Origin: Aliivibrio fischeri ES114
GTDB lineage: Bacteria; Pseudomonadota; Gammaproteobacteria; Enterobacterales; Vibrionaceae
Reading direction: 5' to 3' (one strand)
Assembly (NCBI RefSeq): GCF_000011805.1
Contig: NC_006840.2
Length of the DNA stretch: 32,000 nt
Part shown: positions 1 through 10,835 of the stretch, one piece after another
Layout of the letters: each line of letters starts with the position of its first letter
Numbering within the stretch: the first letter of the stretch is position 1
Position numbers and translations under genes: made by a program
Notes under the pieces: model-generated
The model's database searches: none
Seen by the model: the letters and a program-made list of their open reading frames with translations, nothing else
What the model was told of the DNA's origin: nothing

Positions 1-645
1 AAATACATCGGCATGTGTATTCCAAATGTCTTTTTTTCCATCACCATTTCCATCAACAGCATAAGATAAAAATGATGTTGGCATAAATTGGCATTGACCC
101 ATTGCACCAGCCCATGAGCCTTTCATGTTTTCAGGTGTAATGTGGCCTTGCTGTAAAATGGTCAATGCAGCCATGGTTTGTTTTTTGAAGAACGCTTCAC
201 GACGACCGTCATAAGCCAACGTCGTTAATGCTTCAATAACGTTATAACCACCCGTTAATTTACCAAAGTTACTTTCAACACCCCATAATGCAACAATAAA
301 TCGAGGTTGAACGCCATACTCTTCACCAATTCGATTTAACACTTTGTAGTGTTTTTTATATAAATCGTTCGCTTGCTTAATTTTCCATTTTGGCACAGCT
401 CGTGGAATATATTCATCCAGAGTTAACTTCTTCTCTGGTTGATTGCGATCTGATTTTACTGCTTTCTCTTTAAATGCAACGTTTTTAAATGCACGTTCTA
501 AAATCGGTTCTGAAATCCCAATTTCCCGTGCTTCATTTTTCAACCCAACAATGTAATCTTGAAAGTCGCCTTCAGGTGTTGCTGATGCTGATGCTGATGT
601 TGCCAAAAATAAACTGACTATCCCTAGCAGTAATTTTTTCTTCAT
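1..645 (-). CDS. Lytic murein transglycosylase (MltB/SLT_2-like), C-terminus off the left edge
   Basis: Reverse strand open from the left edge to ATG at 643-645. Reads MKKKLLLGIVSLFLATSASASATPEGDFQDYIVGLKNEAREIGIS...RFIVALWGVESNFGKLTGGYNVIEALTTLAYDGRREAFFKKQ...GAMGQCQFMPTSFLSYAVDGDGKKDIW: signal peptide plus catalytic WGVESNFG and GAMGQxQFMPT motifs. Confidence 0.93.
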   Translation of the reverse strand, partial: MKKKLLLGIVSLFLATSASASATPEGDFQDYIVGLKNEAREIGISEPILERAFKNVAFKEKAVKSDRNQPEKKLTLDEYIPRAVPKWKIKQANDLYKKHYKVLNRIGEEYGVQPRFIVALWGVESNFGKLTGGYNVIEALTTLAYDGRREAFFKKQTMAALTILQQGHITPENMKGSWAGAMGQCQFMPTSFLSYAVDGNGDGKKDIWNTHADVF

Positions 646-671
646 ATAATTAATTCTCTTCTCTTGCTGCT

Positions 672-932
672 TTATCTTTTTTTGTATTTTTCAAGCAGGT
701 TTTCAGGTGGTGGTGGTAACTGCAAAAAGAATCCATTTTCTTTTATTGCTGCTTTTACTTTTTCTACATCAACTGAAGCCAGTTTTCTGCCTTCTAAATT
801 TACCACCATTACCATGGTTGGTGTACCGAACATCGCCATGAGTTCTTGCGGTACAGGAGCAAAATCATCTTTTTTCTCAATATAAAGATAAGCACCTTGT
901 TTTTTCGTACTTTTATAAATAGAACAAAACAT
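672..932 (-). CDS. ycgL: YcgL domain-containing protein
   Basis: 86-aa [49 protein letters not shown]..., typical YcgL family, directly upstream of and divergent from minC. Confidence 0.88.
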
Positions 933-1116
933 TTTATAACCTATTTTTTGAAAGGGTTGCTCTTGCTCTCAACTTATTTCAAATGATTAATGTCTATTTG
1001 GTGAGAGGCTTGCTAAAAAGTAGACTTCTGACAATAAGATAACTTGCTGTACAGTCGAAGTGACTATAACATGGTATCAGATTTGTGGTATTAAAATTAT
1101 CAAGATACAGAATAGT

Positions 1117-1782
1117 ATGACAAAAACAGCCGATTTAAAGGGCAGTAATTTCACCCTTTCAGTATTACATTTGCCTAATGATGACGTTGCCTTAGCATTA
1201 AGTATGCTTGAGCAAAAAGTGGCACAAGCGCCTTCTTTTTTTGCTTCTGCACCCGTTGTCGTTAACATTGAAAATGTATCGAATGAAATTAACTTTGTTG
1301 AGCTAAAATCTGGAGTCGAACGTACCGGCATGATTCCTGTTGGAATTACAGGCTGTAAAGATAAACAAAAGCAAGCTCAAGCGACGGCTGCAGGCTTTGC
1401 GGTAATGACGTCTTTTACACCTCAACAAGTAACGCAAAAAGCAAATATGCAACCAACGAAAGTCGTAAAAACACCGATTCGTTCAGGTCAGCAAATTTAT
1501 GCGAAAGATGCCGATCTTGTGATCTTAAATCACGTAAGCCCAGGCGCTGAAGTGATAGCAGATGGCAGTATACATATTCACGGTACATTACGCGGCAGAG
1601 CAATCGCTGGTGCGAGTGGCCAAGCAGAAGCAAAAGTCTTCTGTAAAAACTTACAAGCTGAGCTAATTTCCATTGCGGGTAATTATTGGCTAAGCGATCA
1701 AATTGACAAAGAGTATTGGCATCAAAATGTCATGATCACTATGGTTGAAGACCGTATTCAGATCGATACCCTAACGTTATAG
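1117..1782 (+). CDS. minC: Septum site-determining protein MinC
   Basis: ORF 1060-1782. Likely start is the internal ATG at 1117 ([19 protein letters not shown]). C-terminal domain [50 protein letters not shown] is characteristic, and minD follows. Confidence 0.96.
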   Translation: MTKTADLKGSNFTLSVLHLPNDDVALALSMLEQKVAQAPSFFASAPVVVNIENVSNEINFVELKSGVERTGMIPVGITGCKDKQKQAQATAAGFAVMTSFTPQQVTQKANMQPTKVVKTPIRSGQQIYAKDADLVILNHVSPGAEVIADGSIHIHGTLRGRAIAGASGQAEAKVFCKNLQAELISIAGNYWLSDQIDKEYWHQNVMITMVEDRIQIDTLTL

Positions 1783-1807
1783 CACAATAGAAAAAGGAAT
1801 AATAAAA

Positions 1808-2620
1808 ATGGCACGTATTGTCGTTGTGACTTCAGGCAAAGGTGGCGTAGGTAAAACTACTTCTAGCTCTGCAATTGCATCGGGTCTTGCATTGGCTGGC
1901 AAAAAAACTGCGGTAATCGATTTTGATATTGGTTTACGTAACCTTGACCTAATTATGGGTTGTGAGCGTCGTGTTGTTTACGATTTTGTAAACGTTATTA
2001 ACGGTGAAGCAACTCTAAATCAAGCGTTAATTAAAGATAAGCGTGTAGGGAATTTATTTATCCTTCCAGCTTCTCAAACTCGTGATAAAGATGCATTAAC
2101 CAAAGATGGTGTTCGTCGTGTTCTTGATGAACTGATCGAAATGAACTTTGATTTCATTATTTGTGATTCTCCTGCGGGTATCGAAGCAGGTGCTTTAATG
2201 GCACTTTACTTTGCAGATGAAGCGATTATTACCACGAACCCTGAAGTCTCTTCTGTTCGTGACTCTGACCGTATTCTTGGCATCTTAGACTCAAAATCAC
2301 GCCGAGCTGAAGACTCACTAGAACCTGTAAAACAACACCTACTACTAACACGCTACTGCCCTGCTCGTGTAAACCAAGGCGAAATGTTAAGTGTGGGTGA
2401 TGTTGAAGAAATTTTAAACATCTCACTTTTAGGTGTAATTCCAGAGAGTCAATCAGTACTAAATGCATCAAACAAAGGTGTTCCAGTAATTTTTGATGAA
2501 GAGTCTAACGCTGGTGCAGCATATCAAGATGCTGTCGATCGCTTATTAGGTAAAGAAGTATCATTCCGTTTCTTAGAAGAAGAGAAAAAAGGCATCTTTA
2601 AACGACTATTTGGAGGTTAA
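1808..2620 (+). CDS. minD: Septum site-determining ATPase MinD
   Basis: 270 aa, deviant Walker [25 protein letters not shown]-terminal amphipathic [14 protein letters not shown]; RBS AAGGAATAAT upstream. Confidence 0.98.
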   Translation: MARIVVVTSGKGGVGKTTSSSAIASGLALAGKKTAVIDFDIGLRNLDLIMGCERRVVYDFVNVINGEATLNQALIKDKRVGNLFILPASQTRDKDALTKDGVRRVLDELIEMNFDFIICDSPAGIEAGALMALYFADEAIITTNPEVSSVRDSDRILGILDSKSRRAEDSLEPVKQHLLLTRYCPARVNQGEMLSVGDVEEILNISLLGVIPESQSVLNASNKGVPVIFDEESNAGAAYQDAVDRLLGKEVSFRFLEEEKKGIFKRLFGG

Positions 2621-2622
2621 GC

Positions 2623-2886
2623 ATGGCATTGCTTGAGTTTTTTAGACCACAGAAAAAAGCCACTGCTAACATAGCTAAGGAAAGGCTACAGATTATTGTT
2701 GCAGAACGTCGAAATGGCGGCCCTGCACCATCATATTTACCTCAACTTAAAGAAGATATTCTTAAAGTGATCAGTAAATATGTTGAAGTAAATCCTGATA
2801 TGGTTACTGTTTCTTTAGAACAAAAAGAAGAAGATTTATCGGTTTTAGAATTGAATGTTACTCTTCCTGACGAAGACGATCATTAA
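2623..2886 (+). CDS. minE: Cell division topological specificity factor MinE
   Basis: 87 aa, [30 protein letters not shown], immediately after minD. Confidence 0.97.
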   Translation: MALLEFFRPQKKATANIAKERLQIIVAERRNGGPAPSYLPQLKEDILKVISKYVEVNPDMVTVSLEQKEEDLSVLELNVTLPDEDDH

Positions 2887-2914
2887 ACTGACAATACAGT
2901 TTTAAACGTGCATT

Positions 2915-2946
2915 AAAAAGGTGACTCATGAGTCACCTTTTTTTAT
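2915..2946. terminator. Bidirectional intrinsic terminator between convergent minE and rnd
   Basis: Perfect palindrome AAAAAGGTGACTCA|TGAGTCACCTTTTT followed by more T's. Confidence 0.85.
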
Positions 2947-2956
2947 TTTTGAACTG

Positions 2957-4078
2957 CTACTTTTCAATCACAGACATAAAGCGCGCTTCTAATAATTCAC
3001 CACGCCACCCTTTTAATACATCAGGTTTTAACTCTGGTGCTGCGTTCTTTTTCCATTTCCAAGACAATAATTGATTTAGCTGTTTTTTCGATGCTAAAAA
3101 CTCAGGCATTAAACCCGATTTATCCGAAGCTATTTTCACTTCATCTTTTAGTAATTTAAAGATTTGCTTATAGCCTGGGTAATCCATTAAACGTGTTACT
3201 GGTTCAGGGTATTCATTGGGATTCAAATCATCGGCTAAGTAAGTAAAACGTAATAATTTACCACCATGACGTTGAACTTCTCTTGGATCAAATTCTTCTT
3301 TAAGCATTTGATCTTTACTACGAAGCCCAAATCGAGCCAGTTTCCAAAGACTCAGCTCTTTTACAACAAAGTTAACCGCTAAATCACGCTTTCTCGCTTC
3401 TTCTAAACGCCACTTTGCTGCCATTTTTAAAATAGCTAACTGCTTAGGATTGAGTTGCCATGCATTTTTAATATCTAGATAAGCCTTTTCTGCATCCGGT
3501 TGCTTTTCACGTTTTTTTACTGCAAGTGCTGACTCTTGATAAGCCGCATCTTCCCATTGAGTTTGAGATAACTCAGCTTGAAGTTTTTCAAATAATGGCA
3601 ATAAATAATGCACATCTGCCGCTGCATAGTGAAGTTGCTTATCGGATAATGGACGTGCCATCCAATCCGTTCTTGCTTCGCCTTTATCTAATTCAATACC
3701 TAGGTAGTCAGAAACCAGCTTAGCGAATCCCGTAGAAAGTCCATAACCTAAAAATGCCGCCATGATTTGTGTATCAATCATAGGTGTTGGCATACAACCA
3801 GCGTAATGTTGGAATACCTCTAAATCTTCACCACATGCATGAAGTACTTTTGTCACTGATTCGTTTTTCAATAAATCCCAAAGAGGCGTTAAATCATCAA
3901 TCTCAACCGGATCAACAAGCGCTAATGTCTCACCATCAAACATTTGAATTAAACCTAAACGTGCATATAACGTTCGCGTTCTTACAAACTCAGTATCCAA
4001 CATTAAAAATGGTTTCGTGCTTGCCTGCTGACAGATCTCAGCTAAACGCTGACTCTGGGTAACGATTTCAAATTCCAC
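2957..4078 (-). CDS. rnd: Ribonuclease D
   Basis: 373 aa, DEDD exonuclease motif LDTEFVRTRT, AADVHYLLPL, C-terminal HRDC-like region. Confidence 0.96.
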   Translation of the reverse strand: MEFEIVTQSQRLAEICQQASTKPFLMLDTEFVRTRTLYARLGLIQMFDGETLALVDPVEIDDLTPLWDLLKNESVTKVLHACGEDLEVFQHYAGCMPTPMIDTQIMAAFLGYGLSTGFAKLVSDYLGIELDKGEARTDWMARPLSDKQLHYAAADVHYLLPLFEKLQAELSQTQWEDAAYQESALAVKKREKQPDAEKAYLDIKNAWQLNPKQLAILKMAAKWRLEEARKRDLAVNFVVKELSLWKLARFGLRSKDQMLKEEFDPREVQRHGGKLLRFTYLADDLNPNEYPEPVTRLMDYPGYKQIFKLLKDEVKIASDKSGLMPEFLASKKQLNQLLSWKWKKNAAPELKPDVLKGWRGELLEARFMSVIEK

Positions 4079-4103
4079 AGTATTTCCTTAATAGATGCCA
4101 AGG

Positions 4104-4140
4104 CAAGATAGCTTAATTTCAGTAAAACTAAGCTATCTTG
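4104..4140. other. Perfect 12-bp stem / 13-nt loop hairpin upstream of rnd
   Basis: CAAGATAGCTTA-atttcagtaaaac-TAAGCTATCTTG, ending about 25 nt before the rnd start codon. No U-tract follows on the minus strand. Confidence 0.6.
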
Positions 4141-4150
4141 TCTCTATAAA

Positions 4151-4183
4151 TAAAAATAATGCCAGCGATTAGGCTGGCATTAT
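4151..4183 (-). terminator. Intrinsic terminator after fadD
   Basis: Minus-strand ATAATGCCAGC-ctaatc-GCTGGCATTAT followed by TTTTATTTAT. Confidence 0.8.
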
Positions 4184-4206
4184 CGTATTTCTATATTGTA
4201 CCTAAA

Positions 4207-5889
4207 TTATGCGTTTTCTTCTGCTTTATATTCATCACGCAGTTCACGACGCAAAATCTTACCTACGTTTGTTTTTGGTAGATCATCTCTGAACTCAACA
4301 ATACGAGGGATTTTGTAACCTGTAAGGTGTTTACGACAGTGTGCCACTAACTCATCTTTAGTCAGGCTAGGGTCGCGTTTAACTACACAAATGCGAACCA
4401 CTTCACCTGAAGTTGGATGCGGTTTACCAACTGCTGCCACTTCTAGAACTTTTCCATGAAGCGCTACAACATCTTCAATTTCATTTGGATAAACGTTAAA
4501 GCCAGATACTAAAATCATGTCTTTTTTACGGTCAACAATATGTAAGAAACCTTCATCGTCAAATTTAACGATATCACCAGTACTCACCCAACCGTCTTCA
4601 CAAATCATATCTTTTGTTGCTTCTGCACGGTTCCAGTAACCTTTCATTACTTGTGGTCCACGAACTTGAAGCTCACCAACTTGATCGTTAGTTAGTACGT
4701 TACCTTCATCATCAATCATACGAACTTCTGTTGATGGTACAGGTAGACCAATTGAACCATTGTATGACGTTAAATCATGTGGGTATGCCGCTACCAGTGG
4801 TGAACACTCAGTTAAACCGTAGCCTTCTAATAAGTAACAACCTGTGTGTTGTTGCCATTTTTCTGCAACAGCACGTTGCACAGCCATACCACCACCAACA
4901 GCCAGACGTAAATTACTAAAGTCTAACTCATGGAAATCTTCATTATTTACTAATGCATTGAATAATGTATTTACACCAGTAATCGCCGTGAATGGGTACT
5001 TTTGAAGCTCTTTAATGAAACCTGGGATATCACGAGGGTTAGTGATAAGCAGGTTACGACCACCCATTTCAATAAACAGTAAACAGTTAACCGTTAACGC
5101 AAATACATGATAAAGAGGAAGTGCAGTAACAATCAGTTCACGGCCTTCAGTCAATACAGGGCCATAAGCGCCTTTTGCTTGCATTACGTTTGCGATCATA
5201 TTGCGGTGAGTTAGCATCGCGCCTTTTGCAACGCCCGTAGTACCACCTGTGTATTGTAGGAAGGCTAAGTCTTCACTTTCAATAAATGGCTTAATGTACT
5301 GCATTCTACGACCTTTACGCAGAGCATTACGCATAGATGTCGCATGTGGAAGATCGTATTTTGGTACCATCTTCTTCACGTACTTAACAACGAAGTTAAC
5401 GATAGTGCCTTTCGCTCGAGGAAGTTGCTCACCTAAATTCGTTAAAATAACGTGTTTAACAGGTGTATTATCAACCACTTCTTCTAGCGTACTAGCGAAG
5501 TTTGAAACGATAACAATAGCAGCAGCGCCTGAATCATTCAGTTGATGCTCTAATTCACGTGGTGTGTAAAGTGGGTTAACGTTCACCGCAACCATACCGG
5601 CACGAAGTACACCAAATAATGCAATTGGGTATTGCAGTAAGTTTGGCATCATTAACGCAACACGATCACCTTTTTTAAGCTTCAGTTCATTTTGTAAGTA
5701 AGCTGCAAAAGCACGGCTACGCTCTTCTAGCTTACGGAATGTCATTACTGAGCCCATATTAATGAATGCTGGTTGATCGGCATATTTATGAACCGATTTT
5801 TCAAACATATCCACTAATGAGGTGTATTCATCTGGGTTAATTTCTGCTGGTACGTCTTTTGGGTAACGTGAAAGCCAAACTTTATCCAC
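4207..5889 (-). CDS. fadD: Long-chain-fatty-acid--CoA ligase
   Basis: 560 aa, AMP-binding motif [63 protein letters not shown]. Confidence 0.96.
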   Translation of the reverse strand: MDKVWLSRYPKDVPAEINPDEYTSLVDMFEKSVHKYADQPAFINMGSVMTFRKLEERSRAFAAYLQNELKLKKGDRVALMMPNLLQYPIALFGVLRAGMVAVNVNPLYTPRELEHQLNDSGAAAIVIVSNFASTLEEVVDNTPVKHVILTNLGEQLPRAKGTIVNFVVKYVKKMVPKYDLPHATSMRNALRKGRRMQYIKPFIESEDLAFLQYTGGTTGVAKGAMLTHRNMIANVMQAKGAYGPVLTEGRELIVTALPLYHVFALTVNCLLFIEMGGRNLLITNPRDIPGFIKELQKYPFTAITGVNTLFNALVNNEDFHELDFSNLRLAVGGGMAVQRAVAEKWQQHTGCYLLEGYGLTECSPLVAAYPHDLTSYNGSIGLPVPSTEVRMIDDEGNVLTNDQVGELQVRGPQVMKGYWNRAEATKDMICEDGWVSTGDIVKFDDEGFLHIVDRKKDMILVSGFNVYPNEIEDVVALHGKVLEVAAVGKPHPTSGEVVRICVVKRDPSLTKDELVAHCRKHLTGYKIPRIVEFRDDLPKTNVGKILRRELRDEYKAEENA

Positions 5890-5945
5890 GCTTTTCTCCT
5901 ATTCTTATATGTGACTTATTGCTAGTACGACAATAACTCTATGAC

Positions 5946-5961
5946 AGTGATCACTATCACT
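5946..5961. promoter_or_regulatory. Possible CRP-like site upstream of fadD
   Basis: AGTGA-TCACTA-TCACT, an N6-spaced inverted repeat one mismatch per half-site from TGTGA-N6-TCACA, about 57 bp upstream of the fadD start. Confidence 0.4.
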
Positions 5962-6074
5962 TTTGTGGTGTAGACTATTTACTCTACAATTTTAGTCAAC
6001 TATTTTTATTCACAATTATTCATTCGATGTTTTTTTAAACAAGAATGAGGGCTTTTTTTAAAGATGTGAAGTAT

Positions 6075-6944
6075 TTATGTAGTAATAGTGTTAATTAATG
6101 TGGTTAAGTGCTCACTTATTAAATTTGGGTTTTCCAAATGACAATGGTGACCACCTTTAATGTGATAACAGGTAAAATCCGCAATAAATTTATATCTGTG
6201 TTCTTTCTGTTTTAAATGACCATAGCCATTCTGCCCAACTACGGCAAACACTGGACATTCAATTTTATCCAATAGTGCTAAAGCGTGTGTTTCCGACATT
6301 CGATATAAAGAATCACACTTTACTTTCGCATCTGTGGTCCATTGAACATATTCAGATTCTACTCTTAATGAACGTAAAACCATCGGCTCAATAAGAGACT
6401 GAGGTAACTGATTAACTTTAGCTCTTAACTCTAAAGCCGATTGAGCGTCTTTTAATCTTCTTTGCGGTTTATTTCGGTAACGCTGACGACTTGATATACC
6501 TTGACGCAATCTATCTGTTATTTGGCTCTCATCTTCACTCAAAGGCCCTAGTGCTTCTATCATCATTAGAGCTGATACTTTCTCTGGAAAAGCAGCACAA
6601 TAAGCACTAGCAATTAAGCCACCTAAAGAATGTCCAACCAAAATAACGGATTGTTGATTTAAATGTAGGATAACTTGGTGAAGATCATCAATATAATCAA
6701 AAAAGTGATAAAAATTATCCCCACCTTTATGAGAGGACAATCCATGCCCAAACCAGTCAAACGCAATCAAATGGTGGGTTGGATTCGTCTTTGCGTACGA
6801 TTCCATTGTGGTAAGAAACGTCGCCGCATTATCTTGCCAACCATGTAAAAACAGAATCGTTTGATCGACCTGTTCAGGTTTAACTTCAAGTAAGGCTATT
6901 TCACCATGGTAAAGAGGCAGTGATCTTTCATGAAACAATGGCAT
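6075..6944 (-). CDS. Alpha/beta hydrolase family protein
   Basis: 289 aa, ILFLHGWQDNAATF, nucleophile elbow LVGHSLGGLIAS, C-terminal GGHHCHLENP. Confidence 0.9.
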   Translation of the reverse strand: MPLFHERSLPLYHGEIALLEVKPEQVDQTILFLHGWQDNAATFLTTMESYAKTNPTHHLIAFDWFGHGLSSHKGGDNFYHFFDYIDDLHQVILHLNQQSVILVGHSLGGLIASAYCAAFPEKVSALMMIEALGPLSEDESQITDRLRQGISSRQRYRNKPQRRLKDAQSALELRAKVNQLPQSLIEPMVLRSLRVESEYVQWTTDAKVKCDSLYRMSETHALALLDKIECPVFAVVGQNGYGHLKQKEHRYKFIADFTCYHIKGGHHCHLENPNLISEHLTTLINTITT

Positions 6945-6950
6945 CAGCGT

Positions 6951-7502
6951 TTACTTCACTTCCTGTACCACTTTGCCACGACGGGTTTCAAGGTGGCTTC
7001 TTTGATGAAAACAACGAGCACCAGCGCATGGCATATAGTCCATATCCAAATCATTAGTCACTACATACTCTTGTATTTGCCATAGATGAATGGCCGATGC
7101 TTGAATGACTGGAAAAGGATAAACAAATTCACCTACGTTGGCCTGCTCAATACCATCAGCCTGACCAATCACCGTAATTAATCGCCCTTTAGCGTAAGTA
7201 ACAGGATCAATAAATCCATTTACATACACAACAAAACGACCATTAGGTTCTTCGGAAATATCTGGCTTTCCAACAGAAGAAATTGGAAGGTTTACAATTT
7301 CAATTCGAGTTTGATCCGACAAGTTATCAAGACGAGCAATCACACCACCTAATCGTACTTCCGCTTTTTCCCCAGCATTTGCAGCATCAGAGAAAGCATT
7401 GTATTCAACCAGAGTCGTTGCTTGAGTTGATTTAAGTTCTTGAGGAAGAGAGCTACAACCTACAAGTAATAATACAGAAAGAAAATAAATAACTTGTTTC
7501 AT
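6951..7502 (-). CDS. Slp family outer-membrane lipoprotein
   Basis: From internal ATG at 7502: MKQVIYFLSVLLLVGCSSLPQEL (lipobox LLVGC). Body RLGGVIARLDNLSDQTRIEIVNLPISSVGKPD...GRFVVYVNGFIDPVTYAKGRLITVIGQ is Slp-like. Confidence 0.87.
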   Translation of the reverse strand: MKQVIYFLSVLLLVGCSSLPQELKSTQATTLVEYNAFSDAANAGEKAEVRLGGVIARLDNLSDQTRIEIVNLPISSVGKPDISEEPNGRFVVYVNGFIDPVTYAKGRLITVIGQADGIEQANVGEFVYPFPVIQASAIHLWQIQEYVVTNDLDMDYMPCAGARCFHQRSHLETRRGKVVQEVK

Positions 7503-7573
7503 ATTGAACCTCTCATAATTGAAGTCATACCAATTCACATAAGATGTGAGTTACATAAAGGTATGGATTAGCG

Positions 7574-7873
7574 TTATATATAGAGATCGACACCGACTAA
7601 TTGAGCAAGTTCCTCTCTACGCTTTTGAAGCATGACTTCCATATATTCTTCCATTGCGTGACGATTACGTCCTTCAGGTAAGTCATATTGAACACGAGAG
7701 TTCGCATATTCAGATGCATTCAGTTGTTTAACTTGTGTCGTTACAGCAGTCGCCACTTTTGATGGCTGCGCAACTAGAGATTTACTTCCAGTCGCCTTTT
7801 TAACTTGGCTCTTTTTACCTACTGCTTGCTGTTTTTGTATCAGCGCAGGCGGCAACCCTTGAATCGATACCAT
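7574..7873 (-). CDS. Conserved hypothetical protein
   Basis: ORF 7574-7894. C-terminal NRHAMEEYMEVMLQKRREELAQLVGVDLYI looks like a real coding sequence. Start uncertain (MVSIQGLPPALIQ at 7873 or MFIQK at 7894). Confidence 0.65.
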   Translation of the reverse strand: MVSIQGLPPALIQKQQAVGKKSQVKKATGSKSLVAQPSKVATAVTTQVKQLNASEYANSRVQYDLPEGRNRHAMEEYMEVMLQKRREELAQLVGVDLYI

Positions 7874-7932
7874 AATGACCTTTTGAATAAACAACTAAGC
7901 GAGGCTTTCACTCCCCGCTTGGATCTTAAAAC

Positions 7933-8634
7933 CTATTCGCGTCCCGGTAATTTTTTCCACGTCACCGTATCACGAACATAAACAGGACTCGATTCTTCCG
8001 CAGGAAGCGCCAAGCCTTGTTCAAATTTTTGCTGTGCAAGTAATGCCATATCTTCAGCATCAGGATAAAGCACATCAGAAGCTTTACACTCTAGAGGCAA
8101 TGTTGCTAATGTTTCTGTATATGCATCCCAGCCCGTACCAACAGTTAACCATTCACCTGATTGTTCTGGTAAATAAGTTGATAATGCCTCTGGTGCAGAC
8201 ACAGTTTCAGCAACTTCATAAGTCCAAGTACCATCTTGATTACGCTGGTACATACCAAAGTACACTTCACCCATGCGCGCATCAATTGAGGCTGCAACTT
8301 GAGTAGCACCGTGTAATCGGTAACCCGCTTGTGCCATTGCTTCTAATGTTGAAATGCCTACCATAGGTAAATCGGCACCAAACGCTAAACCTTGAGCAAT
8401 ACCAATACCAATACGTACACCAGTAAAACTACCAGGTCCTTGGCCAAATGCTAATGCATCTAAATCTTGTAAGCGCACACCCGCTTCTTTTAATACTTCA
8501 TCCACAAAAGGAAGAATTTTAATGGTGTGTTCACGCGGTGCCACTGCACGTCGAGAATAGACTTTTCCGTCAACAATCAGTGCGACAGAACAGTTTTCAG
8601 TGGCGGTATCAACCGCTAAAATTTTTGCGCTCAT
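7933..8634 (-). CDS. tsaB: tRNA threonylcarbamoyladenosine biosynthesis protein TsaB
   Basis: 233 aa, [51 protein letters not shown]. Confidence 0.96.
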   Translation of the reverse strand: MSAKILAVDTATENCSVALIVDGKVYSRRAVAPREHTIKILPFVDEVLKEAGVRLQDLDALAFGQGPGSFTGVRIGIGIAQGLAFGADLPMVGISTLEAMAQAGYRLHGATQVAASIDARMGEVYFGMYQRNQDGTWTYEVAETVSAPEALSTYLPEQSGEWLTVGTGWDAYTETLATLPLECKASDVLYPDAEDMALLAQQKFEQGLALPAEESSPVYVRDTVTWKKLPGRE

Positions 8635-8641
8635 TAATGCC

Positions 8642-10600
8642 TCAATTTTCTAAAATGGCTTTTTGTTCTACTTGTTCTACTTCTGTCTGATTCGTTTGTG
8701 CTAAAAATTCAGACACTTTCTTCAAATCTCGTGTTCTTGGTATTGGTGGCAAACTTTGTAAAAAAGTCGAGCCATAAGGACGAGTCACTAAACGATTGTC
8801 ACAAATCACCAATACCCCTTTATCTTTGGTATCTCGAATAAGACGCCCAACACCCTGTTTTAAGGTTATCACCGCATCAGGGATCTGCACTTGAGAAAAG
8901 GCATCCCCACCGCTTAATTGACAATCTTCAATACGCGCTTTTAATAGCGGATCGTCCGGTGCCGTAAAAGGTAATTTATCAATGATAACACAGCTTAAGG
9001 CATCACCTCTAACATCAATGCCTTCCCAGAAAGCTCCAGTTGCAACCAACAATGCATTACCCAGTTCCATAAACTCTGTAAGTAACTTTTGCTTAGTGGT
9101 TTCACCTTGAACTAATACTGGTAAATCAAGTGTTTGCCTAAAGAGTTCAGCTAAGTCTCTCATCATTTGATGTGATGTACATAAAAAGAAACAGCGACCT
9201 TGGTTTTGCTTAATAACGGGTTCCAGTAATTCAACCAACTTAGGAGCAACGCCATAGCTATTTGGCTCAGGTAAAAATCGAGGTACGCACAATAAAGCCT
9301 GAGATTGATAATCAAATGGACTTGGCAGTGAAAACTGTTTTGTCGGCTCTAACCCCAAACGTTGCGTAAAATGCGAGAAATCATCATTAACCGCTAACGT
9401 TGCCGACGTAAAAATCCACGCCCCCTCTTTTTCTGCCACTTGCTCTTTAAACTTATCAGCAACCGACAATGGTGTTATATGTAAACTAAAATGTCTTGGA
9501 GTACATTCATACCAATATGAGTAACCACTTATTGTCGTATCACATACTCGCTCTAAACGATTTTTCAATAACGTGCATCGCTCAAAAGCGGCATCTAATA
9601 ATTGACTGCGACCTAAGGCCAATTTTAATACGTCATAAGCAAGTTCAAAGGCATCATTGATGCGCAAAATTTCGCGTTGAACAGCCTGTGATTTTATCGC
9701 CTCTCGCCAATTACCTCTAAAACTGGTATCCCCTAAAATAATACGCAAATCCATTGCGGCACCAGCTAAGCGTTCTGCCACTTTTTGCAATTGACGCATA
9801 TCTCTTGCTTCAGTGCGATAACCTATTTCAATGTCTTTTGCTAATTCGGTTAATTGGCGACTGGATAAACTTTGCCCAAAATATTGGCTCGCAATATCAG
9901 GTAGCTGATGGGCCTCATCAAAAATAAAAATATCCGCCTCGGGGATTAATTCACCAAATCCCGTTTCTTTAATCGCCAAATCAGCAAGAAATAAGTGATG
10001 GTTAACAACCACAACATCCGCATCAAGTGCTTTTTTACGCGCCTTAACAACAAAACACTCTTCAAAACTTGGGCACTCTTTACCTAAACAATTATCGTTA
10101 GTTGATGTGATAGAAGGAATGATTGGACTATCTTCAGCAATCGCTTCACAGTCACCTAAATCTCCCGTTTTGGTTTCAGAAGACCAGGTTCTCACTTTAA
10201 CTAATTGCGTCAGTAATTCAGGATCCGCTTGAGGGGTATGACTTTCAATTAATTGGCGATTCAATCGTTCAGGACACAAATAATTTGAGCGACCTTTTAG
10301 CAAAGCCACTTGGCCATAAAAACCAAGAGATGACACCATTAAGGGTAAATCACGATGGAAAAGTTGTTCTTGAAGGTTTTTGGACCCAGTACTAATGATG
10401 GTTTTTTTACCACTAACCAGAGCAGGCGCAAGATAAGCGAACGTTTTACCCGTACCAGTTCCGGCTTCAACGACTAATTGAGTACCATTTTTAATTGCAT
10501 CATGAACAGCATGAGCCATATCCAACTGGGGTTGACGAGGTTGAAAACCGGGAATGGCTTTACCTAATGCACCTGATGACGAAAAAATCTTGGCAATCAT
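8642..10600 (-). CDS. yoaA: DinG/XPD-family ATP-dependent helicase (YoaA-like)
   Basis: 652 aa, Walker [14 protein letters not shown], Fe-S-type cysteines C-(x)[14 protein letters not shown], DEAH box [31 protein letters not shown]. Confidence 0.94.
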   Translation of the reverse strand: MIAKIFSSSGALGKAIPGFQPRQPQLDMAHAVHDAIKNGTQLVVEAGTGTGKTFAYLAPALVSGKKTIISTGSKNLQEQLFHRDLPLMVSSLGFYGQVALLKGRSNYLCPERLNRQLIESHTPQADPELLTQLVKVRTWSSETKTGDLGDCEAIAEDSPIIPSITSTNDNCLGKECPSFEECFVVKARKKALDADVVVVNHHLFLADLAIKETGFGELIPEADIFIFDEAHQLPDIASQYFGQSLSSRQLTELAKDIEIGYRTEARDMRQLQKVAERLAGAAMDLRIILGDTSFRGNWREAIKSQAVQREILRINDAFELAYDVLKLALGRSQLLDAAFERCTLLKNRLERVCDTTISGYSYWYECTPRHFSLHITPLSVADKFKEQVAEKEGAWIFTSATLAVNDDFSHFTQRLGLEPTKQFSLPSPFDYQSQALLCVPRFLPEPNSYGVAPKLVELLEPVIKQNQGRCFFLCTSHQMMRDLAELFRQTLDLPVLVQGETTKQKLLTEFMELGNALLVATGAFWEGIDVRGDALSCVIIDKLPFTAPDDPLLKARIEDCQLSGGDAFSQVQIPDAVITLKQGVGRLIRDTKDKGVLVICDNRLVTRPYGSTFLQSLPPIPRTRDLKKVSEFLAQTNQTEVEQVEQKAILEN

Positions 10601-10835
10601 ATCAACCGATATCCATCGTGAATAAAAAAGAGAAAGAGATTATGCCAAGAAACCAGAAGAAACTAAACGGGAAGTTTGTACTGAATCGAAGCTAATTTAC
10701 CCCTCCTAATAATACTAAATTCACTTAGCGTTTTGATTTGATATGGTAAAAACTCCTTTACGCTCCCTTCTTTTATCGGTAAAAGAATAAGGTGAATAAA
10801 ATTAATAATTACACTATGTAAGCACGAGAGATAAA

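Noticed and set aside
1060-1116. N-terminal extension of MinC ([19 protein letters not shown])
   Set aside because: The non-conserved-looking extension precedes a good internal ATG (MTKTADLKG). Treated as 5' untranslated/promoter sequence.
10643-10696. 17-codon ORF MPRNQKKLNGKFVLNRS preceded by a purine-rich stretch
   Set aside because: Too short to judge without conservation data. It is the tail of a longer spurious ORF (10495-10695) that runs antisense into yoaA.
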